Of a stretch of 64,000 nt of DNA, positions 38,844-47,617 are shown piece after piece (within the stretch, counting starts at the first letter, position 1; each line of letters opens with the position of its first letter). Location of the stretch: the sequence record MK514281.1. One strand, written 5' to 3'. Under the pieces are notes generated by a model. The model was not told the DNA's origin. It did not search any database and saw nothing but the letters and a program-made list of their open reading frames with translations. Position numbers and translations under genes: made by a program.

Positions 38844-38869
38844 CACAAGTATACGTAGCGAGGTCATGA

Positions 38870-39454
38870 ATGAACTACATCTACCGGGCAAACGGCCATT
38901 TATTTGTGTTGCTCTACCACATTCCAGTTCTTGATGTCGATCCAAATAAAATGACCCATTGGGAACGGGTATTGCATTACCGTCCCTTAACGATTGCCCT
39001 CGGGGCTGAAGAAACAGCGGCAGTCGCATTCATGCCTGTTCATCTCGAACTGAGTGGCTGGTCAATGACAACCGATGAAGGTGAGTTCTACGACGGCATC
39101 TATGTGATCTGGGAGGGTAAACTCTATCTAACACAGAACGATGAAATGTGTTTGATAGAAGAAATCCCTACCCTGTTTCACAACCTGATGCCAAGTGCTT
39201 ATCATCAGCAAATGGTGCGTTACACTCAACCGTTTGAGTTCATCAACGGGCTCGACCATCGTAAGTTACGCTCGCTAAAAGCGACAGCCGAAACCGCCAA
39301 CAGTTTCCTGCGTATGATGGATCGGTTTGAACAAGCGGTTGAGTGCCATTACATCAATGAACGCACCAACCTCATGGCGTCCACCGAAATGCCCTTGAGC
39401 TTTATTCCGCGCCAACGTGGTGCTGCTATTAACGAACCTATCGTCTTACATTAA
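38870..39454 (+). CDS. Hypothetical protein
   Basis: 194 aa, GAGG RBS. Confidence 0.6.
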   Translation: MNYIYRANGHLFVLLYHIPVLDVDPNKMTHWERVLHYRPLTIALGAEETAAVAFMPVHLELSGWSMTTDEGEFYDGIYVIWEGKLYLTQNDEMCLIEEIPTLFHNLMPSAYHQQMVRYTQPFEFINGLDHRKLRSLKATAETANSFLRMMDRFEQAVECHYINERTNLMASTEMPLSFIPRQRGAAINEPIVLH

Positions 39455-39465
39455 CGGAGCCAGTC

Positions 39466-39918
39466 ATGTCAGAACAAAAACCCCTTATCCCGTTTCTCCA
39501 CTTCCAGATCGATGCATTCCGTAATTACCTGGTCGCTAATGATCTGACCCCGTACGCCGTCTTTACCTTACCTAAAGGTCTGGACCCGGTACTGGATCGC
39601 TACACCGATCCTGCCAGTGGTCAGCTGATCCTTAACCTCAGCCCTAACTCTTGTGGTCACTACGAGATCACTGATGATGGTTATATGGTTCTGCATCAGC
39701 GTTTCTCGGGTAAAGCCCACGAAGCGTTCCTGCCGGTCCAACACCTGCTGGCCATGTATGCGCGTGAACGTCAAGACCAGGCCATGGTCTTTGCCGACAT
39801 CGAGCACACCTGCGATGATGATGTGAAATTTGTTGAAGATGAGACTGTACCGGAAGTGGATGACACTAACGTAACAGCCCTGCCCTTCAAGAAACCCACA
39901 TTAACGGTAGTCAAGTAA
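39466..39918 (+). CDS. sspB: Stringent starvation protein B (ClpXP adaptor)
   Basis: NDLTPY, GQLILNLSP, RFSGKAHEAFLPVQHLLAMYARE, acidic linker, and terminal KKPTLTVVK matching the E. coli SspB XB motif RPALRVVK. Confidence 0.85.
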   Translation: MSEQKPLIPFLHFQIDAFRNYLVANDLTPYAVFTLPKGLDPVLDRYTDPASGQLILNLSPNSCGHYEITDDGYMVLHQRFSGKAHEAFLPVQHLLAMYARERQDQAMVFADIEHTCDDDVKFVEDETVPEVDDTNVTALPFKKPTLTVVK

Positions 39919-39980
39919 ATTCTATGACTGCGGTTGCGTTCGGTGAGCTTGCCTTTGTACGGTATTGAAGTTCAGCAGTC

Positions 39981-40000
39981 GGGTGGCATTTGCCACCCTT
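39981..40000 (+). terminator. Hairpin downstream of sspB
   Basis: GGGTGGC-ATTT-GCCACCC-TT. Confidence 0.6.
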
Positions 40001-40041
40001 CTATACACAGCTTCTTTATTTTTTGTCGAAAAATAATCAGA

Positions 40042-40051
40042 CCTACATTAC
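40042..40051 (+). promoter_or_regulatory. Candidate early promoter motif CCTACATTAC
   Basis: Preceded by the A/T tract AAAAATAATCAGA; intergenic after a terminator. Confidence 0.45.
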
Positions 40052-40104
40052 GTATAGGCTACAGCTAGTCTGTTGTAATTCGCATCACTAAGGCTAGGTT
40101 TACT

Positions 40105-40401
40105 ATGTCACTCATTTGCGTTGATCATCTTGTGGCGGCTTGCGCTACATTTGTTCTGCTGTTGGTGCTGGAGCGCATCATTCACAGAGACGAACCCGAC
40201 CACACCCTGATTGAACTGCTTATTACCGCCTTCGGCATTTCAATCAGCATTCCCATCACTGTCGGTATGATTATGCTGACTTACGTGATTCTATTGATCC
40301 GTAAGCAACCCAACGCCTTAACCAGGGCGAGCTATTTCCCGGTGGAGATCCTGCGTCTTATTACCCGCAATCGCTTCAGGCGAAAACCCTCTATTCTCTA
40401 A
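40105..40401 (+). CDS. Small two-TM membrane protein
   Basis: Two hydrophobic segments and a basic C-terminus. Confidence 0.55.
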   Translation: MSLICVDHLVAACATFVLLLVLERIIHRDEPDHTLIELLITAFGISISIPITVGMIMLTYVILLIRKQPNALTRASYFPVEILRLITRNRFRRKPSIL

Positions 40402-40411
40402 CTTACTTCTG

Positions 40412-40440
40412 GGGTGAGTGAAAACTCACCCTTTATGCCG
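40412..40440 (+). terminator. GC hairpin + TATGCC element
   Basis: GGGTGAGT-GAAA-ACTCACCC-TTTATGCCG. Confidence 0.8.
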
Positions 40441-40502
40441 GCGTGTTTAAAACAACTAAACTGCGCCATTATTTAGACACCGTTAATTAAAGGAATACTG
40501 TT

Positions 40503-41054
40503 ATGTCTGTTGTCGACAAATTCAAGAACTGGAAAGCGAACAAGCGCATCGCGTTGCTCGAAGAACTGCTCGAGGTTCACTACTCAATCGGCGATGTGGT
40601 GAGTTACCCAGATCCACCGGCGTTCGAAGTCTGCTGGCATGACACACCGGACTCGATTCACCGGGCACGCTGGACAGGTGTGGCTGAAGCCACCGGCATG
40701 ACGTATGACGATTTCTTCAAAGCCACGCGCGTAGGTCAGCTGCACGATACCTCAAACGTTGAAATCACCGGTGAACAAGAAGTCGCGGATATGCAAACCC
40801 AGGGTTGCTATGCCTTCTGTAACTGGCTGACGAATGAGATCCACATCTGGCTGGGTGATCTGCCGTATGATGACCCGCGCACGGAAGAGATCCTGCACAC
40901 CATGATCGCCAGTGAGATCGCGCACCTCACCCCCAACCGTCATCGTAATGAACAGCTGGAAATGTACCGGGCAATGCAGTATGCCGTGGTAGCGCGTTCT
41001 GCCAAAGCGGTATTGGTTGATGCACTGGGCCTGCTGAAAGGAAAACAGGTATGA
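40503..41054 (+). CDS. Hypothetical protein with a degenerate zincin-like motif
   Basis: EIHIW...LHTMIASEIAHL (HExxH with the first His replaced by Ser). Confidence 0.55.
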   Translation: MSVVDKFKNWKANKRIALLEELLEVHYSIGDVVSYPDPPAFEVCWHDTPDSIHRARWTGVAEATGMTYDDFFKATRVGQLHDTSNVEITGEQEVADMQTQGCYAFCNWLTNEIHIWLGDLPYDDPRTEEILHTMIASEIAHLTPNRHRNEQLEMYRAMQYAVVARSAKAVLVDALGLLKGKQV

Positions 41055-41368
41055 AGAAGGAGCTCTTCACGGTTGTTACCATTGCAGGCGAAGTTAAAAC
41101 CCCGATCACGGTGTTTGTTCCGGAGCACGACTACGACATCAATCAACGGGTAGATCTGGTGGCTGCGTGTTATGACCGTCGCCACAAACAAACACCCATC
41201 AGCAAAGAACACAAAGCATTGGTTACTGACTTACTGGCGCAGATGCGCGAGAAGCTTAACACCGCGATTACACTCGGGGAAGATGTTGTGCTGGTCTCAG
41301 GCGATGTCTCATTGAAGTACCGGGTTTACCTCAGTACTTTTAAAGGAACGACCTATGTTGAGACATGA
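41051..41368 (+). CDS. Hypothetical protein, paralogue of the next gene
   Basis: 105 aa; overlaps the upstream stop. Confidence 0.6.
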   Translation: MKKELFTVVTIAGEVKTPITVFVPEHDYDINQRVDLVAACYDRRHKQTPISKEHKALVTDLLAQMREKLNTAITLGEDVVLVSGDVSLKYRVYLSTFKGTTYVET

Positions 41369-41669
41369 GTTGATTACTTCAGTAGCAGTCAACGGCAAGG
41401 AGTATTCGCCGATTGTCTGTCCACTGGCTAAAGGACCGGATTACAGCCGGGCGTTTGGTGCGTTGCATAAAGCGTATCGGGATGCTGCGACTTACGGCAG
41501 TCAGATCATCACGGAGCCGTATGTCAAAACCATTTGCGGGTTGATCGACCAAATCCAAACTGATCTGGCTGCAGGTGTCGATTTCACCGAGACCCGTAAA
41601 GTCAGCGACGGTGATGTGGCAATCAGCTATCAGATCACTGTTCGTACGCTCCCGCGCCACGGCAGTTAA
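41355..41669 (+). CDS. Hypothetical protein, paralogue of the previous gene
   Basis: 104 aa; AAGGA RBS. Confidence 0.6.
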   Translation: MLRHELITSVAVNGKEYSPIVCPLAKGPDYSRAFGALHKAYRDAATYGSQIITEPYVKTICGLIDQIQTDLAAGVDFTETRKVSDGDVAISYQITVRTLPRHGS

Positions 41670-41735
41670 TGACCTCACCCAATCAGTGCAGCCGCTGGTT
41701 GGGTTTTCTTACGCTTCATTATAAAGGAAGACATC

Positions 41736-42365
41736 ATGGGTTGGTTTAATAAACAGAAAGCTACACCGGTAGCTGAAGACACTCCCACGACAGACAAGCA
41801 AGACAGTGCCGACTACCCATGGGGTGCAACGTATCGCCAACGGCTAATGACACATGCTCGTTCACTATTGGCCGTTGATGAACAACAACCCCTGCGTTCT
41901 GGCGAAGCCGGTAAGTTGATCGTTTTTAACGGCGTGGGTTTCTTGATCCGGGGTGAATCGGCCAACATTCCTGATTTGGCTTACATGCACTATCTGGAAG
42001 AAATGTGGAACTGGTTGTTGCGCTGTAATGGAATCGAGCAAAAGCACGGGGGTGTCGTGCCTCGGGCTGAGGTGATTCGCCGTTACGATATCGGCGGGGT
42101 AGCTGAAGGGTGTGGCTATACCGTTGGGTCGCTGGAACCAATCGTACCGGCCTATACTGCCAGTAGCCTGCGTCACCGTAATGCTGCAGACGGTCTGCAT
42201 TTACTCAAAACCCTGCAGGACGTGATTCCGGTCACGGACATGCTGATGATTAGTGAACATGAGAAAGAGCTGATCCGCAATATAGAGAACTTGGGGATGA
42301 AATTGGTTTCAACTCCACTCAGTCACGCCGGTCAGATATTTAGCCGAATCCGCTTTAAGGACTGA
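41736..42365 (+). CDS. Hypothetical protein
   Basis: 209 aa; AAGGA RBS. Confidence 0.6.
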   Translation: MGWFNKQKATPVAEDTPTTDKQDSADYPWGATYRQRLMTHARSLLAVDEQQPLRSGEAGKLIVFNGVGFLIRGESANIPDLAYMHYLEEMWNWLLRCNGIEQKHGGVVPRAEVIRRYDIGGVAEGCGYTVGSLEPIVPAYTASSLRHRNAADGLHLLKTLQDVIPVTDMLMISEHEKELIRNIENLGMKLVSTPLSHAGQIFSRIRFKD

Positions 42366-42370
42366 CACCG

Positions 42371-43480
42371 ATGATCTATCTGGTCTGGATTCTGATTCCA
42401 TCCTTGCTACTGGTGCTGTTGTCCAAAGCCGTGTTCCCGCATCACATCACCTTTAAAGAGTGGTCGCTGCAGGGCGTGGCAGTTGTAGTGGGGACGGCGT
42501 TGTCTGTCTTGATACTCTATATCACTACAACGGGGATGAGTATCGACCACGAAGTCTGGAATGGCTCTGTGATCTCCAAAGCGCCGGTGCGGGTCTCCTG
42601 TACGCACGAACACCAATGTGGCGAGACGTGTTCTACCGACAGCAAGGGTAAGAAACACTGTACGCCGATCTATTGTCCGGATCATGCCTTTGATGTTGAT
42701 TGGGATGTCAAGACAACGGTCGGAACGTTTACCATTGATCGCGTAGCGTTTGATCGTCAGGGATTACGGGAACCTAAACGCTTTACGGCGGTACAGATTG
42801 GTGAACCGGCCGCAGCGGAGAAGTACACCCGCAATTACCTGTTGCTCGACAGTGACCGCTTTAAAGCTTCAGAAGGGGTGATGGAGAAGTATAAAGGACG
42901 GATACCGGATTATCCCTCCACTTATGACTATTACCGTTTTAACCGGGTAGTCAACACCACCAAGGATGATTTCAATTACATCAACGATTACCTGAATAAG
43001 GAACTGATTACACTCGGCGCACAAAAACAACTCAACATTGTCGTGGTAATAACCGACAAGAGTAAAGACTTCTATGAAGCCCTCCGTGAATCCTGGGACG
43101 GTGCCCGTAAGAACGATGTGATACTCGTCTACGGCATTGACAAGGAACATCATGTGAACTGGTTTAAAGCCGATGCGTTTGCAGACGGGCAGTCAAATAT
43201 GTCGATGATCAAAACACTGAACTCGACGGCTCTTGACCGCACTCTTGATGCTGACCTCGTGCATGAACAACTTCACGTGATCCAGGAGCGTTTTAATAGA
43301 CTGCCTAATAAAACCTTCGAATACCTTAATGAAGATTTCACCCCACCGATGTGGGCGATCATCATGACGGTGCTCATTAACCTGCTACTCAATATTGGCG
43401 TGACCTGGTTCATGGTAAAAAATGAAATGGGTGAATACGCATTCATGAATGATAAAGGAAGAAGAAATGCAAGATGGTAA
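42371..43480 (+). CDS. Three-TM membrane protein with Cys-rich loop and TPM-like periplasmic domain
   Basis: Two N-terminal and one C-terminal TM segments; CTHEHQCGETC...CTPIYC; KQLNIVVVIT...WDGARKNDVILVYG. Confidence 0.6.
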   Translation: MIYLVWILIPSLLLVLLSKAVFPHHITFKEWSLQGVAVVVGTALSVLILYITTTGMSIDHEVWNGSVISKAPVRVSCTHEHQCGETCSTDSKGKKHCTPIYCPDHAFDVDWDVKTTVGTFTIDRVAFDRQGLREPKRFTAVQIGEPAAAEKYTRNYLLLDSDRFKASEGVMEKYKGRIPDYPSTYDYYRFNRVVNTTKDDFNYINDYLNKELITLGAQKQLNIVVVITDKSKDFYEALRESWDGARKNDVILVYGIDKEHHVNWFKADAFADGQSNMSMIKTLNSTALDRTLDADLVHEQLHVIQERFNRLPNKTFEYLNEDFTPPMWAIIMTVLINLLLNIGVTWFMVKNEMGEYAFMNDKGRRNARW

Positions 43481-44057
43481 GAAAGGCCTATCTACTGGTG
43501 CTCTTGTGGGCATCGTCGCTGTTGGTTTCCTGGTATTGGTCCTGGCCATAGCCGGTTCGATCTTTATGGGTTATGTCTCGGCATCGAACGAAGGGGTGCG
43601 ATCTGAAAGCCGCATTGAACAGCTGAACAAAGACTCCGAGAACGTGCTGTCGACCTCAACGATCAAGATCAAGAACATGGCTCAGATTCCGGGCATGTAT
43701 GTGAAAGATCTTAAAGAGGTGATCAGGGCGACCTTTGAAGGGCGTTATGGTAAAGATGGGTCGAAAGCCGTAGTGCAGTTTATTCAGGAACAAAACCAGC
43801 AGGTCGATTCCAAACTGTACCTGAACATTCAAAATGAGATGGCAGCTGGTCAGGATGAGTTTCGTATTGCGCAGAGCAACAAGCTTGCAGCATGTCGTAA
43901 TTATGAAAACAGCCTGGGTTATTTCTGGAAAGGTATGTTCTTGAAGTGGGCGGGCTATCCGAAGAAAGACCTGAGCAAACTCTGCCAGGTGGTATCGGAT
44001 GATCAAACGCAAGAAGCGTTTAAGACCGGCAAGCAAAAGACCATCGAGCTGAACTAA
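43467..44057 (+). CDS. LemA-like membrane protein
   Basis: N-terminal TM segment, helical bundle, and NYENSLGYFWKGMFLKWAGYP tail resembling LemA; start overlaps the upstream gene. Confidence 0.55.
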   Translation: MQDGKKGLSTGALVGIVAVGFLVLVLAIAGSIFMGYVSASNEGVRSESRIEQLNKDSENVLSTSTIKIKNMAQIPGMYVKDLKEVIRATFEGRYGKDGSKAVVQFIQEQNQQVDSKLYLNIQNEMAAGQDEFRIAQSNKLAACRNYENSLGYFWKGMFLKWAGYPKKDLSKLCQVVSDDQTQEAFKTGKQKTIELN

Positions 44058-44097
44058 CTCACCATCGGACAGGGATGTCCTTTTAATGGAGGTCGTC

Positions 44098-44442
44098 ATG
44101 CCTTTTATTCGATTCAAAGCAAAAGAGATTAAACATACTGCGGAAGCCGTAACAAGCCTTAAGCGGTTCTTTGGTCTGATTGATAAAAACATTGATGCCG
44201 TTAAGATTGTCCAGGCATTTCAAACGGTCGATACCCGCAACGAACCCCTGCTGGAAAACTCGTTGTTGATTATCACACGGATGCCAGACGGGACAAAACG
44301 TCACACTCATATCTGGAACTCGAAGTTCAAAGAAGAACTCGCTGCATTTAAACCTGAACTGGTTGGTGAAGTCCGATCGTTCAGACTCGATTATCAGTTG
44401 TATATGGACGGCGATGAGGACAACCCCCTTAAGCGGTTCTAA
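44098..44442 (+). CDS. Hypothetical protein
   Basis: GGAGG RBS before ATG 44098. Confidence 0.6.
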   Translation: MPFIRFKAKEIKHTAEAVTSLKRFFGLIDKNIDAVKIVQAFQTVDTRNEPLLENSLLIITRMPDGTKRHTHIWNSKFKEELAAFKPELVGEVRSFRLDYQLYMDGDEDNPLKRF

Positions 44443-44452
44443 GGAATCTAAA

Positions 44453-44975
44453 ATGAAAGGTACGTTGGTTGAGCATCTTGCCAGTCGTGGCTATGATGTT
44501 GCACGGTATAAAACGCAGTGGTTGACAGACACCCAGTTGACTGTTCCGTTGTTCGACTTCGATCACAAACTCAAAGGGTATCAGGTTTATACACCTGATG
44601 CACCTAAGCATGCTACTAACCCAAAAGAAGCACGTTACTTTACACGTGGGCTAGGTAAGCAGTTGGTGTGGGGTCTGGAGTTGGAAATTAGTATTAACAA
44701 CCAACAGATTACCAACCGTATTCTTAACTGAATCGGTTTTCAAGGCCTGTGCACTACATCGCTTAGGATTGAACGCCTGGTCTGTTTTAGGTTCTACGGT
44801 ATCTGACCCACTCTATCACCAGCTTCGCTTATTACCTGTTGACTTAGTTTGTTGCGGGGATGATGACAAAGCAGGGAAAGTATTCTCAGAAACCTTTGGT
44901 CGAGGTTTTGTGTCGCACGATCTGGATGAATTATCCCCGAAAGAATTACTCTACTTAACTGCACCGTTTTTATAA
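44453..44975 (+). pseudogene. Small DnaG-like Toprim-domain protein split by a +1 frameshift
   Basis: One frame gives LTVPLFDFDHKLKGYQ...VWGLE, stopping at 44731. The +1 frame, open from about 44654, gives LPTVFLTESVFKACALHRLGLNAWSVLG...CCGDDDKAG, ending at 44975. Confidence 0.7.
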
Positions 44976-44986
44976 AGGTAGTTATC

Positions 44987-46225
44987 ATGTCAAACATTAT
45001 TGAATTAGAAGGCAAGCAGGTTCCCATCAAGATGTGGACGAAGTTTGTTCCGGTAGAAGAACGTGCTCAACAGCAATTACTAAACTTGAGTGAGTTACCT
45101 TTCATCTTCAAACACCTCGCCGTGATGCCTGATGTGCACTGGGGAATGGGTGCGACCATTGGTTCGGTTATTGCGACTAAAGGTGCGATTATTCCTGCTG
45201 CTGTGGGTGTTGATATTGGTTGTGGGATGATTGCCCAACAAACCTCGCTGGTTGCTGCTGACCTACCCGATAACCTCAGTGCTTTGCGCAGTCGTATTGA
45301 AGCAGGCATCCCGCATGGCCGTACCGATAACGGCGGTGCAAACGATCGCGGTGCTTGGGGTGATGAGTTCGCCATGGGCTTAGACGATGTGCACCGTGAA
45401 GCATTGCTGGTTCTTCAGCAACGTTTAGTGGCTATTGTGGCTAAGCACCCGAAGCTCACCAAAGCAGCCAGTAAGTTCACCAAACATACTGGCACACTGG
45501 GTAGCGGTAACCACTTCGTTGAAATCTGTTTAGACGAAGAGCAACGCGTTTGGGTAATGTTGCATTCAGGTTCACGTGGCATCGGTAACACCATCGGTAA
45601 ATACTTCATCGAGAAAGCCAAAGAAGAGATGAACCGTTTCTTCGTCCATTTAGTTGACCAAGATCTGGCGTATCTCCCAGAAGGCTCTCAGTATTACGAT
45701 GACTACCTGCAAGCGGTGCAATGGGCACAAGACTTTGCAGCGCTCAATCGTGCGGTGATGCTGAGTGCGACACTGAAGGCATTGCACAGTGCCGTGGCTA
45801 AGCCATTCACTGAAAGCACCATTGCGGTTAACTGTCACCACAACTATGTCGCAATGGAAAACCATTTTGATACCAATGTCCTGGTCACCCGTAAAGGTGC
45901 AGTGCGGGCGCGTGTAGGTGATTTGGCGATTATCCCGGGTAGTATGGGTGCAAAGTCGTTTATTGTCGAAGGGCTGGGTAACCAGGAAAGCTTCTGTTCG
46001 TGCTCGCATGGTGCTGGTCGTTTACTGTCGCGCTCAGCAGCGGTGAAACAATTTAGTCTGGAAGACCATATCCGTGATACCGAGGGTGTGGAATGTCGTA
46101 AAGATAAAGACGTCCTTGATGAAACACCGAAGGCGTATAAGTCGATTGAAGACGTGATGCGTTCACAAGACGATTTGGTGAAAATCAAATATACCCTGAA
46201 ACAGATCCTTTGTGTAAAAGGTTAA
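44987..46225 (+). CDS. rtcB: RtcB RNA ligase (2',3'-cyclic phosphate/5'-OH)
   Basis: MPDVHWG, GVDIGCG, GTLGSGNHF, HSGSRG, CHHNY, RKGA, PGSMG and SHGAGR motifs all present. Confidence 0.95.
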   Translation: MSNIIELEGKQVPIKMWTKFVPVEERAQQQLLNLSELPFIFKHLAVMPDVHWGMGATIGSVIATKGAIIPAAVGVDIGCGMIAQQTSLVAADLPDNLSALRSRIEAGIPHGRTDNGGANDRGAWGDEFAMGLDDVHREALLVLQQRLVAIVAKHPKLTKAASKFTKHTGTLGSGNHFVEICLDEEQRVWVMLHSGSRGIGNTIGKYFIEKAKEEMNRFFVHLVDQDLAYLPEGSQYYDDYLQAVQWAQDFAALNRAVMLSATLKALHSAVAKPFTESTIAVNCHHNYVAMENHFDTNVLVTRKGAVRARVGDLAIIPGSMGAKSFIVEGLGNQESFCSCSHGAGRLLSRSAAVKQFSLEDHIRDTEGVECRKDKDVLDETPKAYKSIEDVMRSQDDLVKIKYTLKQILCVKG

Positions 46226-46227
46226 TT

Positions 46228-46548
46228 ATGAACAAGAAAAAGCAAGTTACGATCTTCGTGGCGGGTGATGTCAATTCAGCTAAGACCACGGTCATTGCCA
46301 TTATTGAAAAGGCGCTGAAAGAAGCGGGTCTGGATGCCAAACTGCTTGCGCATGCAGCGGCGGATGCGGAATATTTCGTTGGCGTAAAAAGCGCGTTAGA
46401 ATATATTCCAGAGATCAGCGATAAGGTCGAGGTCTCCATTGAAGAACTCACCCGCCCAGCACCGACCAACGATGATGGCTCGCGCCCTGAGAGTTATGTG
46501 GCGATCACACATAGCGCCGGCATCAAGATCCTTCCCCGTAACAGCTAG
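46228..46548 (+). CDS. Small protein with P-loop-like N-terminus
   Basis: QVTIFVAGDVNSAKTTVIAII; resembles the 36534 ORF. Confidence 0.55.
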   Translation: MNKKKQVTIFVAGDVNSAKTTVIAIIEKALKEAGLDAKLLAHAAADAEYFVGVKSALEYIPEISDKVEVSIEELTRPAPTNDDGSRPESYVAITHSAGIKILPRNS

Positions 46549-46553
46549 CTTCT

Positions 46554-46582
46554 AAGAGGACTTCGGTCCTCTTTTATGCCCG
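46554..46582 (+). terminator. GC hairpin + TATGCC element
   Basis: AAGAGGAC-TTCG-GTCCTCTT-TTATGCCCG. Confidence 0.75.
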
Positions 46583-46626
46583 GTTTAATTGTATATAGAC
46601 ACAGTACACATCAACCGAGGGCCATC

Positions 46627-47565
46627 ATGTTAGAGTTACTGATGTTAGGACACACCACCCAAAGCGCGGGGGGTAAGCAGGAAGACATCAAGACTGACGT
46701 CTCGGGACTCATTGCAAAATATAGCAATGCAGGATCTATCAGCGCCTTAAATATCACCGTTGGCGCCAGCGCCGGCCTTGCAGTATATGACAACCAATTA
46801 ATCCTCATTAATCCGGGTTCGATGAGCTATTATGACATCAACACCTTTGCATTAAAGAAGAGCACAACCAACAACGTCAATATCAGCGTTAGTTTTAACA
46901 GTGTTGCGCATCAGTCAGGCAAACATTGGTGGTTTGGTCAGGATCGTACTACCGCAGTAATTTACCATGCGGATTTAGAAACTGGGGTCATTACCAAATA
47001 CCCTACGCCACCGGTTAAGAAAGGTATGTTCTTTGCTTATAACGGCAGGCTCTGGTTAGTAGGTGGCTGGGTGGGTAGTGTTAGTAATACCACGACCATC
47101 TACAGCATCGACTACAGCAACCCCGTGAGTTGGAGTAGCCAGCCTTTAAACACTCCATTACCTCGTCAGTTAGCGGGTGCCTCAGCCTATTTCACTACAA
47201 ATGGTTTAGTGGCGTTTGTCGGTGGCGGAGCGGTAGGTAGTTCCGGAGATACTGATGGTACAGGCTATACCAGTGTCATGCTCTTCAATCCCGATACGTT
47301 AACCTTCACAGGCAAGACGATCTCCACACCAATGGGTGGCGGATACCACAACCCGAACTTTGTCTTCAATGATACCGCGTACCAATTTAAATACACCAAC
47401 ACCGGGCAGCGTTGGGCGTTAGGCGATGCCAGTCGGGAATCTAGCCTCAGTCCTGCGCCGATCATTGGCGGTTACCATAACGCATTCACCATTGCAGGTC
47501 GCGTTGCTTTCTACGGGAACAGTTACTCTACCAGTCCTGTTTATCTCTACGTTTTACCAGATTAA
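46627..47565 (+). CDS. Kelch/beta-propeller-like protein with MLELLMLG N-terminus (putative virion-associated)
   Basis: Kelch-like GRLWLVGGW, GLVAFVGGG, GRVAFYG; GAGGG RBS; flanked by two terminators. Confidence 0.6.
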   Translation: MLELLMLGHTTQSAGGKQEDIKTDVSGLIAKYSNAGSISALNITVGASAGLAVYDNQLILINPGSMSYYDINTFALKKSTTNNVNISVSFNSVAHQSGKHWWFGQDRTTAVIYHADLETGVITKYPTPPVKKGMFFAYNGRLWLVGGWVGSVSNTTTIYSIDYSNPVSWSSQPLNTPLPRQLAGASAYFTTNGLVAFVGGGAVGSSGDTDGTGYTSVMLFNPDTLTFTGKTISTPMGGGYHNPNFVFNDTAYQFKYTNTGQRWALGDASRESSLSPAPIIGGYHNAFTIAGRVAFYGNSYSTSPVYLYVLPD

Positions 47566-47570
47566 GAACC

Positions 47571-47600
47571 GGAGAGGCGCATAGCCTCTCTCTTATGCCG
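47571..47600 (+). terminator. GC hairpin + TATGCC element
   Basis: GGAGAGGC-GCATA-GCCTCTCT-CTTATGCCG. Confidence 0.75.
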
Positions 47601-47617
47601 TCAAAAGGAAATTAACC

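Noticed and set aside
39946-39980. GACTGC...GCAGTC long-range stem downstream of sspB as an ncRNA or riboswitch
   Set aside because: Only 6 bp with no recognisable internal motif; too weak to call
44769-44975. Independent 68-aa gene starting at TTG
   Set aside because: It is the C-terminal half of the frameshifted Toprim gene; the reading frame extends upstream through the catalytic motif
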